DNA of 63,008 bases, from positions 1 to 63,008 of the forward strand of contig CANPPW010000003.1 in the NCBI GenBank assembly GCA_947576095.1, in the 5' to 3' direction. The DNA comes from an uncultured Mycoplasmatota bacterium. Its GTDB lineage: Bacteria; Bacillota_I; Bacilli_A; RF39; UBA660. Both the position numbers and the translations under genes were made by a program. The notes below the pieces were generated by a model. The model did no database searches. It was not told the origin of the DNA and worked only from the letters and a program-made list of their open reading frames with translations. Within the stretch, counting starts at the first letter, position 1; each line of letters begins with the position of its first letter. Positions 51,678 through 62,271 of this stretch are shown piece after piece.

Positions 51678-52326
51678 TATTTTATATGAAGATAATCATT
51701 TGTTAGTTGTAAAAAAACCTATTAATATTCCTGTTCAAAAAGACTCATCTTTAGATATTGATTTCTTAACTCTTTTAAAAGATTTTTTGAAAAATAAATA
51801 TAATAAGAAAGGAAATGCTTATTTAGCTCTGATTCATAGATTAGATCGTCCTGTAGGAGGTGTTATGGTATTTGCTAAAACATCCAAAGCAGCAAGTCGT
51901 CTTTCTTTGCAAATTAAAAATCACATGATAAAAAAGAAATATTATGCTGTGATAGAAGGTTGTCCTCATAAAAAAGAAGGTGTTTTTTTAGATTTATTAG
52001 AAAAAGATTGTCAAAAAAATAAAGTATATGTAAGTGAAAATGGGAAAAAAGCTGAATTATTTTATAAAGTTCTAGAAAAAAAAGAAGGTCTCACTTTAGT
52101 AGAGATTGATTTAAAAACAGGCAGAAGTCATCAAATTCGTGTTCAATTCTCTTCAAGAGGATTTCCTTTATATGGAGATCAGAAATATAATCAGCATGCT
52201 AAAAAAAAGCAGCAAATTGCTTTATTCGCTAAAGAATTATCTTTTTATCATCCTATTACAAACGAATTTCTTACTTTTTCACTAGATCTTCCTATGCAGT
52301 ATCCATATACATTATTTAGAAATTAA
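51670..52326 (+). CDS. RluA-family pseudouridine synthase
   Basis: The ATG at 51670 overlaps the upstream stop. Contains ILYEDNHLLVVKKP, HRLDRPVGGVMVFAKT and GRSHQIRVQ motifs. The track's 51598 start is an upstream extension. Confidence 0.88.
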   Translation: MINILYEDNHLLVVKKPINIPVQKDSSLDIDFLTLLKDFLKNKYNKKGNAYLALIHRLDRPVGGVMVFAKTSKAASRLSLQIKNHMIKKKYYAVIEGCPHKKEGVFLDLLEKDCQKNKVYVSENGKKAELFYKVLEKKEGLTLVEIDLKTGRSHQIRVQFSSRGFPLYGDQKYNQHAKKKQQIALFAKELSFYHPITNEFLTFSLDLPMQYPYTLFRN

Positions 52327-52512
52327 TATGTCATAGTAGTAACTATATAAGAAACCCTATTTTGATTATGAAATTGTTTATGCTGCTATTCTCCATTTAT
52401 AATCTTTTGTCAAAATCTTTACAAATAAAATTATTGATTTTATAGGAAAAGAAAAAAAACTTTTTTTTTTGGCTTTTTTAGGTTATACTATTATAATAAA
52501 GGGGAGAATAAA

Positions 52513-54093
52513 ATGATACTTAGAAAACCATATGCGATTTTGATTAAAAATTTTAGAAGAATTCATATTTTACTTAGTATTATGATCTTTTATCTATTAT
52601 ATAAAACATCTAGTATAAATACATTTCTTAGTAAATATATTTTAAATCCAAGTACTTTAGTAGATCCTTCTATTACAAATTCATTGAACCATATAACTAT
52701 TTATATTGTCCCCATTTTCATTATTTTAGGTTCTATTTTAATTTTTGTTTTACTAAGTGTTAAGAAAAAACCAATTACTTTCTATTTATTTAATATAGTC
52801 ACCTTTATTGCGAGTTTAGTGATTTATACATATGTAGGTTCTATTTTAACAACATTAGAAATCCGTTTGGTTGATATTAGAGATCTTAAACTTGCACAAG
52901 ATTTTATTAGAAGTTTACTTGTTATTCAAACTATAAGTGCCCTAATTACCATTATTAGAGCTACAGGATTTAATGTAAAGAAATTTGATTTCAGTAGAGA
53001 ATTAAAAGAATTAGAAATTGAAGACTCTGATAGAGAAGAATTTGAAGTAAATATAGAAATAGAAGAAGGAAAATTTAAAAGAAATTGGAATCGATTTAAA
53101 AGATATACAAGATATGTATTTTTAGAAAATAAATGGTTTTTATTTGTTTTTTCTCTTATTTTTACAAGTTGTATTATTTTATTTTTAATTTTAAATGTGA
53201 CTGTTTTTAATAAAGTTTATAAAAAAGGAGAATATGTAACTGCAAGTGACTTGATGTTTAAAGTAAATGAAATTTATATAACAAACTTAGATTATAAAGG
53301 AAGAGAAATCAGCAATCAATACTCTTATGTTGTTGCCAATATAAGTATTCGAAATATAATGCCAAAGAAGTTTTCACTAGAACCTTCTAAATTTTATTTA
53401 AAAATTGGAAATCATTTCTTTTATCCAAAAGAAGAATTTTCAAAATATTTATTTGATTTTGGAACAGTTTATAAAAAAACAGAGATAAAATCAGAATTTA
53501 AAGATTATAGTTTTATCTTTGAGATTCCAAAAGGATTTTCTAAGTCAAAAAAAATATTTACTTATTTAGATTCCAATGATAAAGTGTATAAACTTCCAAC
53601 AAAAATGAACAACATAGATAAAGTAAATGTAAATATAAATCAGAAATTAAATGACGTTGTCTCACTAGAGAAAACCCCTTTTTTGAGTTCTAAAATTCAC
53701 ATAAAAAATGTAAAAATACAAGATATGTTTCGGGCAAAATATTCTTTTTGTCTCGATCAAAAATGTATAGATTCTTATGAATATATTTTACCTGATTATA
53801 AGGATAACTATGATAAAGGAATTATAAAAATAGAGGGATCTTTAGAATTAGATTCTAAGGCCAATATGACAGATATCTATGATATTTATACTTTTATTAA
53901 AAGTTTTGGTCGACTAAAATATACTGTAGATGGTACTGAAAAGGAAATATATTTAAATTATAATCAAATAAAACCTAGCAAATTTAAAGATTCTGCGACT
54001 TATATAGAGGTACCAATTGAAGTGATAAATGCAGAAAAAATAACACTTATCCTTTACATTCGAGGAAATAGTTATCAATATTCTATTAAATGA
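52513..54093 (+). CDS. Polytopic membrane protein with large extracytoplasmic beta-rich domain (first gene of the Tad-like operon)
   Basis: 526 aa. About 4-5 TM helices in the first ~230 aa, then a soluble domain (DUF4352-like segment VVANISIRNIMPKKFSLEPSKFYL). A 4-nt overlap to the next ORF frame suggests an operon. Confidence 0.6.
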   Translation: MILRKPYAILIKNFRRIHILLSIMIFYLLYKTSSINTFLSKYILNPSTLVDPSITNSLNHITIYIVPIFIILGSILIFVLLSVKKKPITFYLFNIVTFIASLVIYTYVGSILTTLEIRLVDIRDLKLAQDFIRSLLVIQTISALITIIRATGFNVKKFDFSRELKELEIEDSDREEFEVNIEIEEGKFKRNWNRFKRYTRYVFLENKWFLFVFSLIFTSCIILFLILNVTVFNKVYKKGEYVTASDLMFKVNEIYITNLDYKGREISNQYSYVVANISIRNIMPKKFSLEPSKFYLKIGNHFFYPKEEFSKYLFDFGTVYKKTEIKSEFKDYSFIFEIPKGFSKSKKIFTYLDSNDKVYKLPTKMNNIDKVNVNINQKLNDVVSLEKTPFLSSKIHIKNVKIQDMFRAKYSFCLDQKCIDSYEYILPDYKDNYDKGIIKIEGSLELDSKANMTDIYDIYTFIKSFGRLKYTVDGTEKEIYLNYNQIKPSKFKDSATYIEVPIEVINAEKITLILYIRGNSYQYSIK

Positions 54094-54140
54094 GTTTGCT
54101 TTATTTACTTTTGTTTGGTAAAATGGAAAGGAGAATAGGA

Positions 54141-54782
54141 ATGAAAAAATATGGTAAATTACTTATACTTGTACTTTTTTTAGTACCTATTACTGTATTA
54201 GCAGAAGATTGTTCTCCAAAAGATAGAGTGAATCTATCTAAAATAGCCCAAAATGTTGCAGTAGCTAAGGTTTTTGATGAAAATACAGCTACATTTAAAC
54301 TTGTTTTTAGTAATGTAACTTCAGAAATATACTTATATGATGTAACAGGAAGAAATTATCATTATTCATCAAATGCTGATATTTCACTTAAAGGATACTA
54401 TCCAGGTAGTAAATATAAGTTTATATTTTATTCTAATGCTTATGGGTGTGAAGAGGAGGTTATATATACTAAATATATAACATTTCCGAATTATAATGCT
54501 CTTTATAAAGATGAAAGTTGTCGTGGATTAGAAGATTATAAAATATGTAAAAAATGGGCAAATGTAGATATATCATATGATGATTTTAAAAAAGAAACTC
54601 AAAAATTAAAAGAAAAAGAGGAAGAAAAAATAGAGCCTGTACAAAATATAAAGGGATATTTTGATTATATCATTGATTTTGTAATGAAATATGATTATAT
54701 TCTTTTACCAATTTTTATAGCAATATTTATCGGTCTTGAATATGTCATGTGGTATAAAAATAAAAAGGAACAATTTTTTTAG
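54141..54782 (+). CDS. Secreted, C-terminally anchored Cys-containing protein
   Basis: AAAGGAGA RBS before the ATG at 54141. Signal peptide MKKYGKLLILVLFLVPITVLA. C-terminal TM ILLPIFIAIFIGLEYVMW. Confidence 0.6.
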   Translation: MKKYGKLLILVLFLVPITVLAEDCSPKDRVNLSKIAQNVAVAKVFDENTATFKLVFSNVTSEIYLYDVTGRNYHYSSNADISLKGYYPGSKYKFIFYSNAYGCEEEVIYTKYITFPNYNALYKDESCRGLEDYKICKKWANVDISYDDFKKETQKLKEKEEEKIEPVQNIKGYFDYIIDFVMKYDYILLPIFIAIFIGLEYVMWYKNKKEQFF

Positions 54783-54791
54783 GAGGTCATT

Positions 54792-57344
54792 ATGAATAAA
54801 AAATGGATTTTAATTTTTGTATTTGCTATTATGTTGATTCTTCCCCAAAATGTTTTGGCAGATGACCCAGAATATAATGGTACAGGTTCAGGTGCAACCC
54901 AGGAGGGTGGGGGAATTTTAAATTTGAGCCAATATTGGCAAAGTGCAAGCAATAGTGAAACTTATACTATAAAGGTTACTTTAGTATATTATGATCAGGG
55001 CACAGAAGAGATGACTAGAAATCCTCACAATACGCATCCTTTTTATATTACTAATAATTTAAGTAAAGTTAAATCTTTGATTAATGATACTAATTTGCCT
55101 ATATATGATGCTAATAATACTATAATGAGTTTTTCAACTATGTCTTCTGGAAAAACCAGAGACACTTGCGGAATTGTTAATTGTACATTAAATATTGGTA
55201 AGTTAAGAAAGTTTTTTGAGAACTCTGATAATTATACAAACGGATTTAAAATTGTAGATAAACTAGGATTAGATGTAACAAAATTAGATGGTGAGTTTAC
55301 CGAACAATGGGGAACCTACTCAGGATATCGTCTTTTATTAGAGCCTTGTTTTATAGGGGCTAGACTAAGTGACTCTGGCACTCAGGAGAATAAATTATTA
55401 AGTATTAGAGCATGGGCTGGAAGGTTTAAGCAGGGATGGCTTAACGGCTTTGGTGATTGGAGTTCAAAAGCTAATTATATGTATATAGAAGTTGCTGATA
55501 TGTTTTTCAACAAAAATGGTCCAATTCCAGGAAATCTTAGCGACAACGTCGTTATCCAATTACTTGCAGAGCAAGGTCCACCGCGTAATGGAATTGGAAT
55601 GAATTTAGTAAAATTTTCCCCAATATATATATGTTATAAGGATAATATAGAATCAATAGGAGATTCACTCAAATGTAAAGCTAATGGTACACATACCAAT
55701 ACAGCATATACACAGACAATTTCTTCTAGTGTATGTAGCTCAGGAGAAAAACCTGAAGATAGTGGGTTTAATAAATTTGGAAAAATAATAAAAAAATTTG
55801 GTAATAAAAAAGGAAAAAGATGTATAATAGCATGCCAAGAAACTGTGAATGTAAGTTTGCCAGGAAGTTTACAAGGAGCAATTGATGTCTCAAAAGGGGA
55901 TTCTTATTTTGAATGGCCTACTATATTCTCAAATACACTTTATACAGCTACTATTTCAGGAAAACGTGATTGTACAGTTACAGTGGAATCTGGTATAACA
56001 GACGAAAATAAAACAAAATGTTTCAATTATTTAAAAAATACAGCTAAGGATAATACAAAGGGATTATATAGTGATAAAGATTTTGATAACAAGTTAAAGT
56101 TATCCTACAATGACCCAACATATAAGTTACAAAATGTTGAGCTAAAACAAACATATAGTCCAATAAATGTTATATATTCAAAAGATCCAAAAAAGAAAGA
56201 TATGAATGGTCTAAAAATTACAGTAACAAGAAATACTAGCCTTAGTTTGCCAGACAAAGGTGTATATAAGTATGTAAATAAATTAACAGGAAAATTCGGA
56301 GTTATGCCATTTTTGAGTTCAAGTTTTAACACATTACAAAATAGTGTTTTAGCAGTTGCAAAATCTTCATTAAAACCAGATAACTATGATATGAAATTAA
56401 CAGGAAAAATAGGTGGGTTTCAGCAGTCAATTGGAGATTATAAATGTCATTATAAACTAACAGAAAGTACAGATACAGATTGTGGACAATGTCCACCAGG
56501 AACACTTAATGAAGGAACACCATTAAATAAACCATGTGCAGTAGATCCAGATAAATTAATGAGTGAAAAAACCTCGTATGCTTCTGTTTGTACAGCACTT
56601 AAAGAAACTATTTGTAATTTAGATAAAACACAATGGGAAAATCATGGATACGATGAGAGTCGGGTATGCTGTGAAGCACCTTATGCGAGCACGGATATTA
56701 CAGATTGTATAAAAAATGGTAAATCTAAAGAGGAATGTTCTATTCAAGCAGGTTGTATTAATGGAGGGAGTACACCTCCTCCAGACCCCATAGTGTGTCC
56801 TCCTGGTACAGAAAAATGTGGACTGGATATTACAGAATGTGTAAAGAATAATATGAAATTAGGAATGACTGAGAATGAGGCTAAAAATCGTTGTATAACC
56901 AATACATGTAACGGGCCACAAAGTGGAGGAATTATTATATATAGAACTATAAATTTAAACAATCCTTTTCCAAGTAAGCTAGGAAATGCAGGCAATTCAA
57001 GCGTTTTTTGGTCAAATGGTATTAATGTAGGAAGAAGACCTGGAAATAATTGGAATAATAAACGTTTAGTTGAAAATAAAATTTTAAATAATAGAGGAGT
57101 CAAAGGAGAAGCTGTATATACCAAAACACCACTTTATACAATCACTTTAGATGCAACAAAAATAAGAAAGATTCGTGAGTATAATAAAACGCACAAATAT
57201 TCAGATTTTACATTAAGATGTGCAACAAAAGGTGGAGGGAAATGTATTAGTGATTTTTTACGTTCACCATCAAGTGGAAATGCACTAACAGGTGGAACTT
57301 GCCGAAGATCAAATGATTTCGATGCTTGTTACAATAGGGGGTGA
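54792..57344 (+). CDS. Large secreted Cys-rich protein (possible filament-associated adhesin)
   Basis: 850 aa. Signal peptide ...LPQNVLA-DD. Two CPPGT motifs and two DIT(D/E)C(I/V)KN motifs in the C-terminal third. No known domain recognised. Confidence 0.65.
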   Translation: MNKKWILIFVFAIMLILPQNVLADDPEYNGTGSGATQEGGGILNLSQYWQSASNSETYTIKVTLVYYDQGTEEMTRNPHNTHPFYITNNLSKVKSLINDTNLPIYDANNTIMSFSTMSSGKTRDTCGIVNCTLNIGKLRKFFENSDNYTNGFKIVDKLGLDVTKLDGEFTEQWGTYSGYRLLLEPCFIGARLSDSGTQENKLLSIRAWAGRFKQGWLNGFGDWSSKANYMYIEVADMFFNKNGPIPGNLSDNVVIQLLAEQGPPRNGIGMNLVKFSPIYICYKDNIESIGDSLKCKANGTHTNTAYTQTISSSVCSSGEKPEDSGFNKFGKIIKKFGNKKGKRCIIACQETVNVSLPGSLQGAIDVSKGDSYFEWPTIFSNTLYTATISGKRDCTVTVESGITDENKTKCFNYLKNTAKDNTKGLYSDKDFDNKLKLSYNDPTYKLQNVELKQTYSPINVIYSKDPKKKDMNGLKITVTRNTSLSLPDKGVYKYVNKLTGKFGVMPFLSSSFNTLQNSVLAVAKSSLKPDNYDMKLTGKIGGFQQSIGDYKCHYKLTESTDTDCGQCPPGTLNEGTPLNKPCAVDPDKLMSEKTSYASVCTALKETICNLDKTQWENHGYDESRVCCEAPYASTDITDCIKNGKSKEECSIQAGCINGGSTPPPDPIVCPPGTEKCGLDITECVKNNMKLGMTENEAKNRCITNTCNGPQSGGIIIYRTINLNNPFPSKLGNAGNSSVFWSNGINVGRRPGNNWNNKRLVENKILNNRGVKGEAVYTKTPLYTITLDATKIRKIREYNKTHKYSDFTLRCATKGGGKCISDFLRSPSSGNALTGGTCRRSNDFDACYNRG

Positions 57345-57353
57345 AAATACGAT

Positions 57354-57755
57354 ATGAAAGATTCATTTTGGGGTATATTTATCATTAGTGTAGGGATTAT
57401 CACAATGGTTATTATTTTCTTTTTTCAAGAACTAACAACCACAGATGAACAGATATATACTCTCTTAAGAGAAACAACAGAATCTGCTATGTATGATGCG
57501 ATAGACTATGGAGTACTCACACAATCAAAAACAATTAAAATCAACCGTGAAAAATTTGTAGAAAATTTTGTAAGGAGATTTGCTCAAAGTGCTACTTTGC
57601 AAAATACATATCAAATTGATATTTATGATGTAAGTGAAACACCCCCTAAAGTCAGTTTAAAAGTTTCTACTAAAAAAAGTACCACTGCAACAAATGAAGT
57701 TATAACATTTGATCTTATTAATAAATTAGATGCCATTATGGAAACTCCATATTAA
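57354..57755 (+). CDS. Small N-terminally anchored protein (pseudopilin-like candidate)
   Basis: 133 aa. Starts MKDSFWG, followed by a ~20-residue hydrophobic helix. Confidence 0.55.
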   Translation: MKDSFWGIFIISVGIITMVIIFFFQELTTTDEQIYTLLRETTESAMYDAIDYGVLTQSKTIKINREKFVENFVRRFAQSATLQNTYQIDIYDVSETPPKVSLKVSTKKSTTATNEVITFDLINKLDAIMETPY

Positions 57756-57776
57756 AAGAAAGAAAGGGAGAAATTT

Positions 57777-58634
57777 ATGAACAATTTTATGATATCTTTA
57801 AAAAGATTATTTCGAAACAAAAATACAGTGACCATTCTTGGTGTGATTGCTGTAATAGCTATTTTATTTATTGGCTATAGAATTCAAGTAGGTAGAGCAG
57901 TAAAACCAGTACCTAATGTTCCTGTTGCTGCCAGTACCATTCAACCAAGAACAAAAATAACTGCAGATATGATTAGCTATGTTGACATGGCTAGTGTTGC
58001 AGTACCTTCTAATGTATATACAAATTCAAATTCTATTATTGGAAAATATTCAAATGTAAATACAATCATACCATCTGGAAGTATGTTCTATCATGAAGCA
58101 TTAATTAGTGAACAACAACTACCTGATTCTGCTTTTGTAGATTTAAAAAAAGATGAAATACCTTATAACTTTCCTGTAAATATTGATTCTACATATGGAA
58201 ACTCTATTTTCCCAGGAAATTATATTGATATTTATATGAAGGCAGAAAATGAGCAAGGAACTTTAATGGTTGGACGTTTCCTTGAAAATGTCAAAGTACT
58301 AGCTGTAAAGGATGCTCAAGGTCAACACGTATTTGAAAACACAACAGAAGCAAGAACCCCAGCTTATCTTATCTTCGGATTAAAATCTAATTTAAATATT
58401 TTACTTAGAAAAGCAAGCTATATGCGTGATTATTCTGTAGAACTATTCCCAGTACCACATGGTACAAAAGTATCTGTAAAAGAAGGGGAAACAGAAGTAA
58501 GTTCACAAACATTACAATCATTTATTGAAGCAAATACTGTTCCAAATGATGAATTAGAAGATAAAAAAGATGAGGATCAGAAAAGCGATACACCAAATAC
58601 AGGTACCCCAACACCAAGCCCAGCTGTAAGATAA
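57777..58634 (+). CDS. CpaB/RcpC-like Flp pilus assembly protein (SAF domain)
   Basis: 285 aa. N-terminal TM, then VPVAASTIQPRTKITADMI...IGKYS...IPSGSMF (SAF-like). PGNYIDIYM...ENVKVLAV resembles the CpaB C-domain. Confidence 0.7.
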   Translation: MNNFMISLKRLFRNKNTVTILGVIAVIAILFIGYRIQVGRAVKPVPNVPVAASTIQPRTKITADMISYVDMASVAVPSNVYTNSNSIIGKYSNVNTIIPSGSMFYHEALISEQQLPDSAFVDLKKDEIPYNFPVNIDSTYGNSIFPGNYIDIYMKAENEQGTLMVGRFLENVKVLAVKDAQGQHVFENTTEARTPAYLIFGLKSNLNILLRKASYMRDYSVELFPVPHGTKVSVKEGETEVSSQTLQSFIEANTVPNDELEDKKDEDQKSDTPNTGTPTPSPAVR

Positions 58635-58647
58635 GGAAACAATCATT

Positions 58648-60075
58648 ATGAATGATGGAATGTTTTCACAAATTGATTTTGGACCTTTACGTGAATATTT
58701 ATTAAATGATGATATAACAGATATTTCTTATAGTAATAGTGGTCAAATATGGCTTAAAACATTATCAAAAGGAATCTTTAGGGTCGATAATGAAGCTATT
58801 AATAATACTTTTATGGAAAAACTAGCTTTTCAATGTTCTAACGTAATGGGAAAATCATTTAATATGGCTCAACCATTTCTAGATGCAGAAGGAGCAGAAC
58901 TACGCCTTAACTTTGTACATGATTCCATTGCTAGAAATGGAATCGCTGTTGTAATTCGTAAAACACCAGCAAAAATTAGACTTCAAAAAGAAAATTTGCT
59001 CCGTGATAAATATGTAGATTTAGATATACACGATTTTTTGATTTATTGTGTAAGAGGACACTGCAATATTATTGTTTGTGGAGAAACAGGTTCAGGAAAA
59101 ACAGAATTTGTTAAATACCTAGCAGCTCATACGAAAGAAGACGAAAAACTGATTACCATTGAAGATACATTGGAATTACACCTAGATAGAATTTTTCCAC
59201 ATCGTGATATTGTTACAATGAAAACCAATAATATTGCTTCATATTCAGATGTACTTGTTACATGTATGAGACAAAACCCAAAATGGATCCTTTTATCAGA
59301 GGTACGTAGTGCAGAGGCAGTGATGGCAGTCAGAAACTCTATTTCTTCAGGGCATTATATTTTATCTACTATCCATGCTGATAAAGCAGCATCTATTCCA
59401 AATCGTATGTATAGTTTGCTTGAAACCAATCAAGATATCGAACAATTTCTAAAGTCCATTTATCGTTATATTCAAATTGGTGTATTTATAAGAGGGTATC
59501 AAGATAAACAATCAAAAAAATTTGTTCGTGAAATTGCAGAAGTTACAGAATTCTATGTAACAGAAGATAATGAAGCTAGATATAACACAATTTATAAAAA
59601 AACAACAACTGGAAATGTATATCGAAAGAAACCATCAAAATATTTACTTGATTATTTAGATGGACAAGGTGTTGTTTTACCAAATACATTATTAAATGAA
59701 ATGGCTTTAAAGGAGACAGAAGAAGAACCTTCTACGGAAGGGGAAACTGCTATAATCAAAAATATATCTACAGAAAAGCCTGTACAACAAGGGACTGCAA
59801 TAGGAAATTTAAATAACGGTTTTATAAATAGACCAGTGAATCAAAGTGGCATCAATCAAGTTGTAAATTCAGACCCTAATAAAGTAGCATCTTTAAATCA
59901 AAATGTAAATCCAGTTGTTCAGCAAAGGATAAAGGTGCAACAAGGTATAAATCCAAGTCTTTATAATCAAAATGAAGGGTCTTTTCATCCCGCTTTTAGT
60001 AGCACACAAAACTTTAATAATCATCCTATAGGAAATGTGCAAATGCAGCAAAACTCTGTTCAATCAACTCAATAA
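58648..60075 (+). CDS. CpaF/TadA/VirB11-class secretion ATPase with Q/N-rich C-terminal tail
   Basis: 475 aa. Contains DITDISYSN..QIWL, Walker A CGETGSGKTEF, ITIEDTLEL, Walker B/His box ILLSEVRSAEA...SGHYILSTIHA. The last ~125 aa are low complexity. Confidence 0.85.
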   Translation: MNDGMFSQIDFGPLREYLLNDDITDISYSNSGQIWLKTLSKGIFRVDNEAINNTFMEKLAFQCSNVMGKSFNMAQPFLDAEGAELRLNFVHDSIARNGIAVVIRKTPAKIRLQKENLLRDKYVDLDIHDFLIYCVRGHCNIIVCGETGSGKTEFVKYLAAHTKEDEKLITIEDTLELHLDRIFPHRDIVTMKTNNIASYSDVLVTCMRQNPKWILLSEVRSAEAVMAVRNSISSGHYILSTIHADKAASIPNRMYSLLETNQDIEQFLKSIYRYIQIGVFIRGYQDKQSKKFVREIAEVTEFYVTEDNEARYNTIYKKTTTGNVYRKKPSKYLLDYLDGQGVVLPNTLLNEMALKETEEEPSTEGETAIIKNISTEKPVQQGTAIGNLNNGFINRPVNQSGINQVVNSDPNKVASLNQNVNPVVQQRIKVQQGINPSLYNQNEGSFHPAFSSTQNFNNHPIGNVQMQQNSVQSTQ

Positions 60076-60104
60076 TCCTGTAAATAATAGTAAGGAGGTA
60101 TTAT

Positions 60105-61007
60105 ATGGATATCATTATATTATTACTAGTTGCTTTTGTTATTATATTTGTATTTGTTTATAGAAATAGTAGTGGTGAAAATGTTTATAAATATATTGTA
60201 ACTAAAAGTTCATTTATTTATGAAAGATATGCTCCTTTTTCTTATAAAGAAATCAGAAAAAAGGTAAAGGATCTAGGACAAGATTATACCAAAAGACAAT
60301 ATACTATTCAAATTGCGGTCTTTGCGATTGCATCCCTTGTCATTTCCTATCTGTACTTTTATAATCTGATTATTTCAATCATCTATATGGCACTAGCTAT
60401 TACAGTAATTCCTTATCTTACTTATTTGAGATCAAAGAGAATTTATAGTGAATTTATTTTTGAACAAATACAAGTTTATACAACCAATACCATTATGGAA
60501 TTTTCTACAACACAATCTTTTATTAAAGCCTTAGAAGGTGTTTATGAATCAGGTGTACTAGAAGATCCTGTTCGCACAGATGTAAAAGTTATGATTGATT
60601 TGGCTTATGAAAATGGTACAATTGATGAGTCTATTACTTATATGAATAATAAATATGATTATTATATGGTCAAAAATATGCATCAATTATTCTATCAAAT
60701 TACAAATGAGGGATCTAAAGATGCTGGAGAATCTTTGGAAAATATGTCACAGGATATTGATATGTTAGTAGAAGGTGTATATCGAGATAGAATCGATAGA
60801 GCAGCTTTCCACAAAAAATTTCTTCAATTTGGTGTTGTTTTATATTTAATGGTTATGTTAGTACAATTTCTATTAGGTGTAGAAACGTATATCAATATGC
60901 TTTCACAGCCTATTGTCCAGATTTTACTTCATGGGGTCATTATTATTAATACATATTTCCTTCTCAATGGGGAAAAATATTATAACGAGAATGTAGGTGC
61001 CGAATAA
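60105..61007 (+). CDS. TadB-like (T2SS F-domain) inner-membrane platform protein
   Basis: 300 aa. N-terminal TM, central helical cytoplasmic region, C-terminal TM pair. Sits directly after the ATPase, as in Tad loci. Confidence 0.6.
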   Translation: MDIIILLLVAFVIIFVFVYRNSSGENVYKYIVTKSSFIYERYAPFSYKEIRKKVKDLGQDYTKRQYTIQIAVFAIASLVISYLYFYNLIISIIYMALAITVIPYLTYLRSKRIYSEFIFEQIQVYTTNTIMEFSTTQSFIKALEGVYESGVLEDPVRTDVKVMIDLAYENGTIDESITYMNNKYDYYMVKNMHQLFYQITNEGSKDAGESLENMSQDIDMLVEGVYRDRIDRAAFHKKFLQFGVVLYLMVMLVQFLLGVETYINMLSQPIVQILLHGVIIINTYFLLNGEKYYNENVGAE

Positions 61008-61792
61008 TGGAATTTGTTTTAGTTACAGCAATTATGCTTTTTGTTTTACATTATAACCAAAATATTGATGCCAAAAAGTTTTTAGATGACATTGAACCTT
61101 ATTTTCACTTTTTAATGGAAGATGATTACAAGTTTTTACTAAGTCTTAGATATGGGGAGGCAAAAGACTCCACCAATGAATTTAATAAAAGAGTTACAAA
61201 TGGCCTTTTAGCAACTGCTATTTTTCTTGGATTATTTCTATTTTCAAAAGTAAATTTTATTAATGTTTTACTTGCATTTGTTTTAGGATTTTTAGTGTTT
61301 AAGTATCCTTATACGCAACTTCAAAGCTATTATAAAAAAAATCTACATACGATTAACCAAATGTTGCCATACTATTTAAAAAGCTTAGAAATCCTTGTGC
61401 AACACTATACAGTACCAGTTGCGATTAGAAGATCTATTGCAAGTGCCCCACCTATATTTGTTCCAGGACTAAAAAAATTAGTAGATAAAATCGAGGCAGG
61501 AGATTCTTCTGTAGACCCTTATATGGAGTTCGCAAGAGACTATCCGGTTCGAGATTCTATGCGAATGATGCGTCTTTTATATCGTTTGAGTTTAGGATCA
61601 CAAGAAAATAAACAAGAACAACTTATGATGTTTGCAAAAACAGTTTCTAGTTTACAAAATAAAGCAAGAGAACAAAAATATAAAGAACGTCTAGAGGTTA
61701 TGGAAAATAAAACCATGATGATGTTATGTACAACAGGAGCTGGAATTTTAGTCTTACTGCTTTATTCAATGATGTCAATGATGAATCTATAA
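61007..61792 (+). CDS. TadC-like (T2SS F-domain) inner-membrane platform protein
   Basis: 261 aa with the same topology. Its start shares nucleotide 61007 with the last base of the preceding stop codon. Confidence 0.6.
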   Translation: MEFVLVTAIMLFVLHYNQNIDAKKFLDDIEPYFHFLMEDDYKFLLSLRYGEAKDSTNEFNKRVTNGLLATAIFLGLFLFSKVNFINVLLAFVLGFLVFKYPYTQLQSYYKKNLHTINQMLPYYLKSLEILVQHYTVPVAIRRSIASAPPIFVPGLKKLVDKIEAGDSSVDPYMEFARDYPVRDSMRMMRLLYRLSLGSQENKQEQLMMFAKTVSSLQNKAREQKYKERLEVMENKTMMMLCTTGAGILVLLLYSMMSMMNL

Positions 61793-61806
61793 AGGAGATG
61801 TAATCA

Positions 61807-62265
61807 ATGAAGCAAAGTATCGGAATGACCTATACACTTAATTTTATTATTATCTTTATTTTGATTGTTTTTGCTTTTATCATGGGGATTATGTCATATA
61901 TGAAAGCTTTTCGTATTAATTCTCTTGTATCAAATGCCATTGAAAATCACGAGGGATATAATTATTTGGCAAAAGAACAAATGGATCGGGCACTAAATTC
62001 TATTGGATATAGAAAAGATGCAAGTGGAAACAGTGGGTGTAAGAAAAATCGTAATGGGGGTACCCTTATAAAGGCGTATGGGGAAAAGTCTTCCCAAAAT
62101 CATAGATATTGTATTTACGAATTTCCAAAAGATAAAAATGGATATATTAAATATGGCATTGTAACATATCTTTATATTGATGTTCCTGTAATTAATCAGC
62201 TGATTGCAATACCTGTTTATACTGAAACAGAAAAGATCTATGAATTTAATGTGAATAGGAGTTGA
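61807..62265 (+). CDS. TadE/pseudopilin-like protein, paralog 1
   Basis: 152 aa. Starts MKQSIG, then a hydrophobic helix. Shares SY.KA(F/Y), IEN.E, RYCI and Y.Y(I/L)(D/E).PVI..LI..PVY.ET with 62272-62718. Confidence 0.6.
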   Translation: MKQSIGMTYTLNFIIIFILIVFAFIMGIMSYMKAFRINSLVSNAIENHEGYNYLAKEQMDRALNSIGYRKDASGNSGCKKNRNGGTLIKAYGEKSSQNHRYCIYEFPKDKNGYIKYGIVTYLYIDVPVINQLIAIPVYTETEKIYEFNVNRS

Positions 62266-62271
62266 TAAAAA

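Noticed and set aside
52440-52480. A8...T11 homopolymer pair (gaaaaaaaactttttttttttggctttttt) as a terminator or switch upstream of the Tad-like operon
   Set aside because: Only A:T pairing is possible and there is no GC stem. It is probably just AT-rich intergenic DNA, and I could not support a promoter or terminator call.
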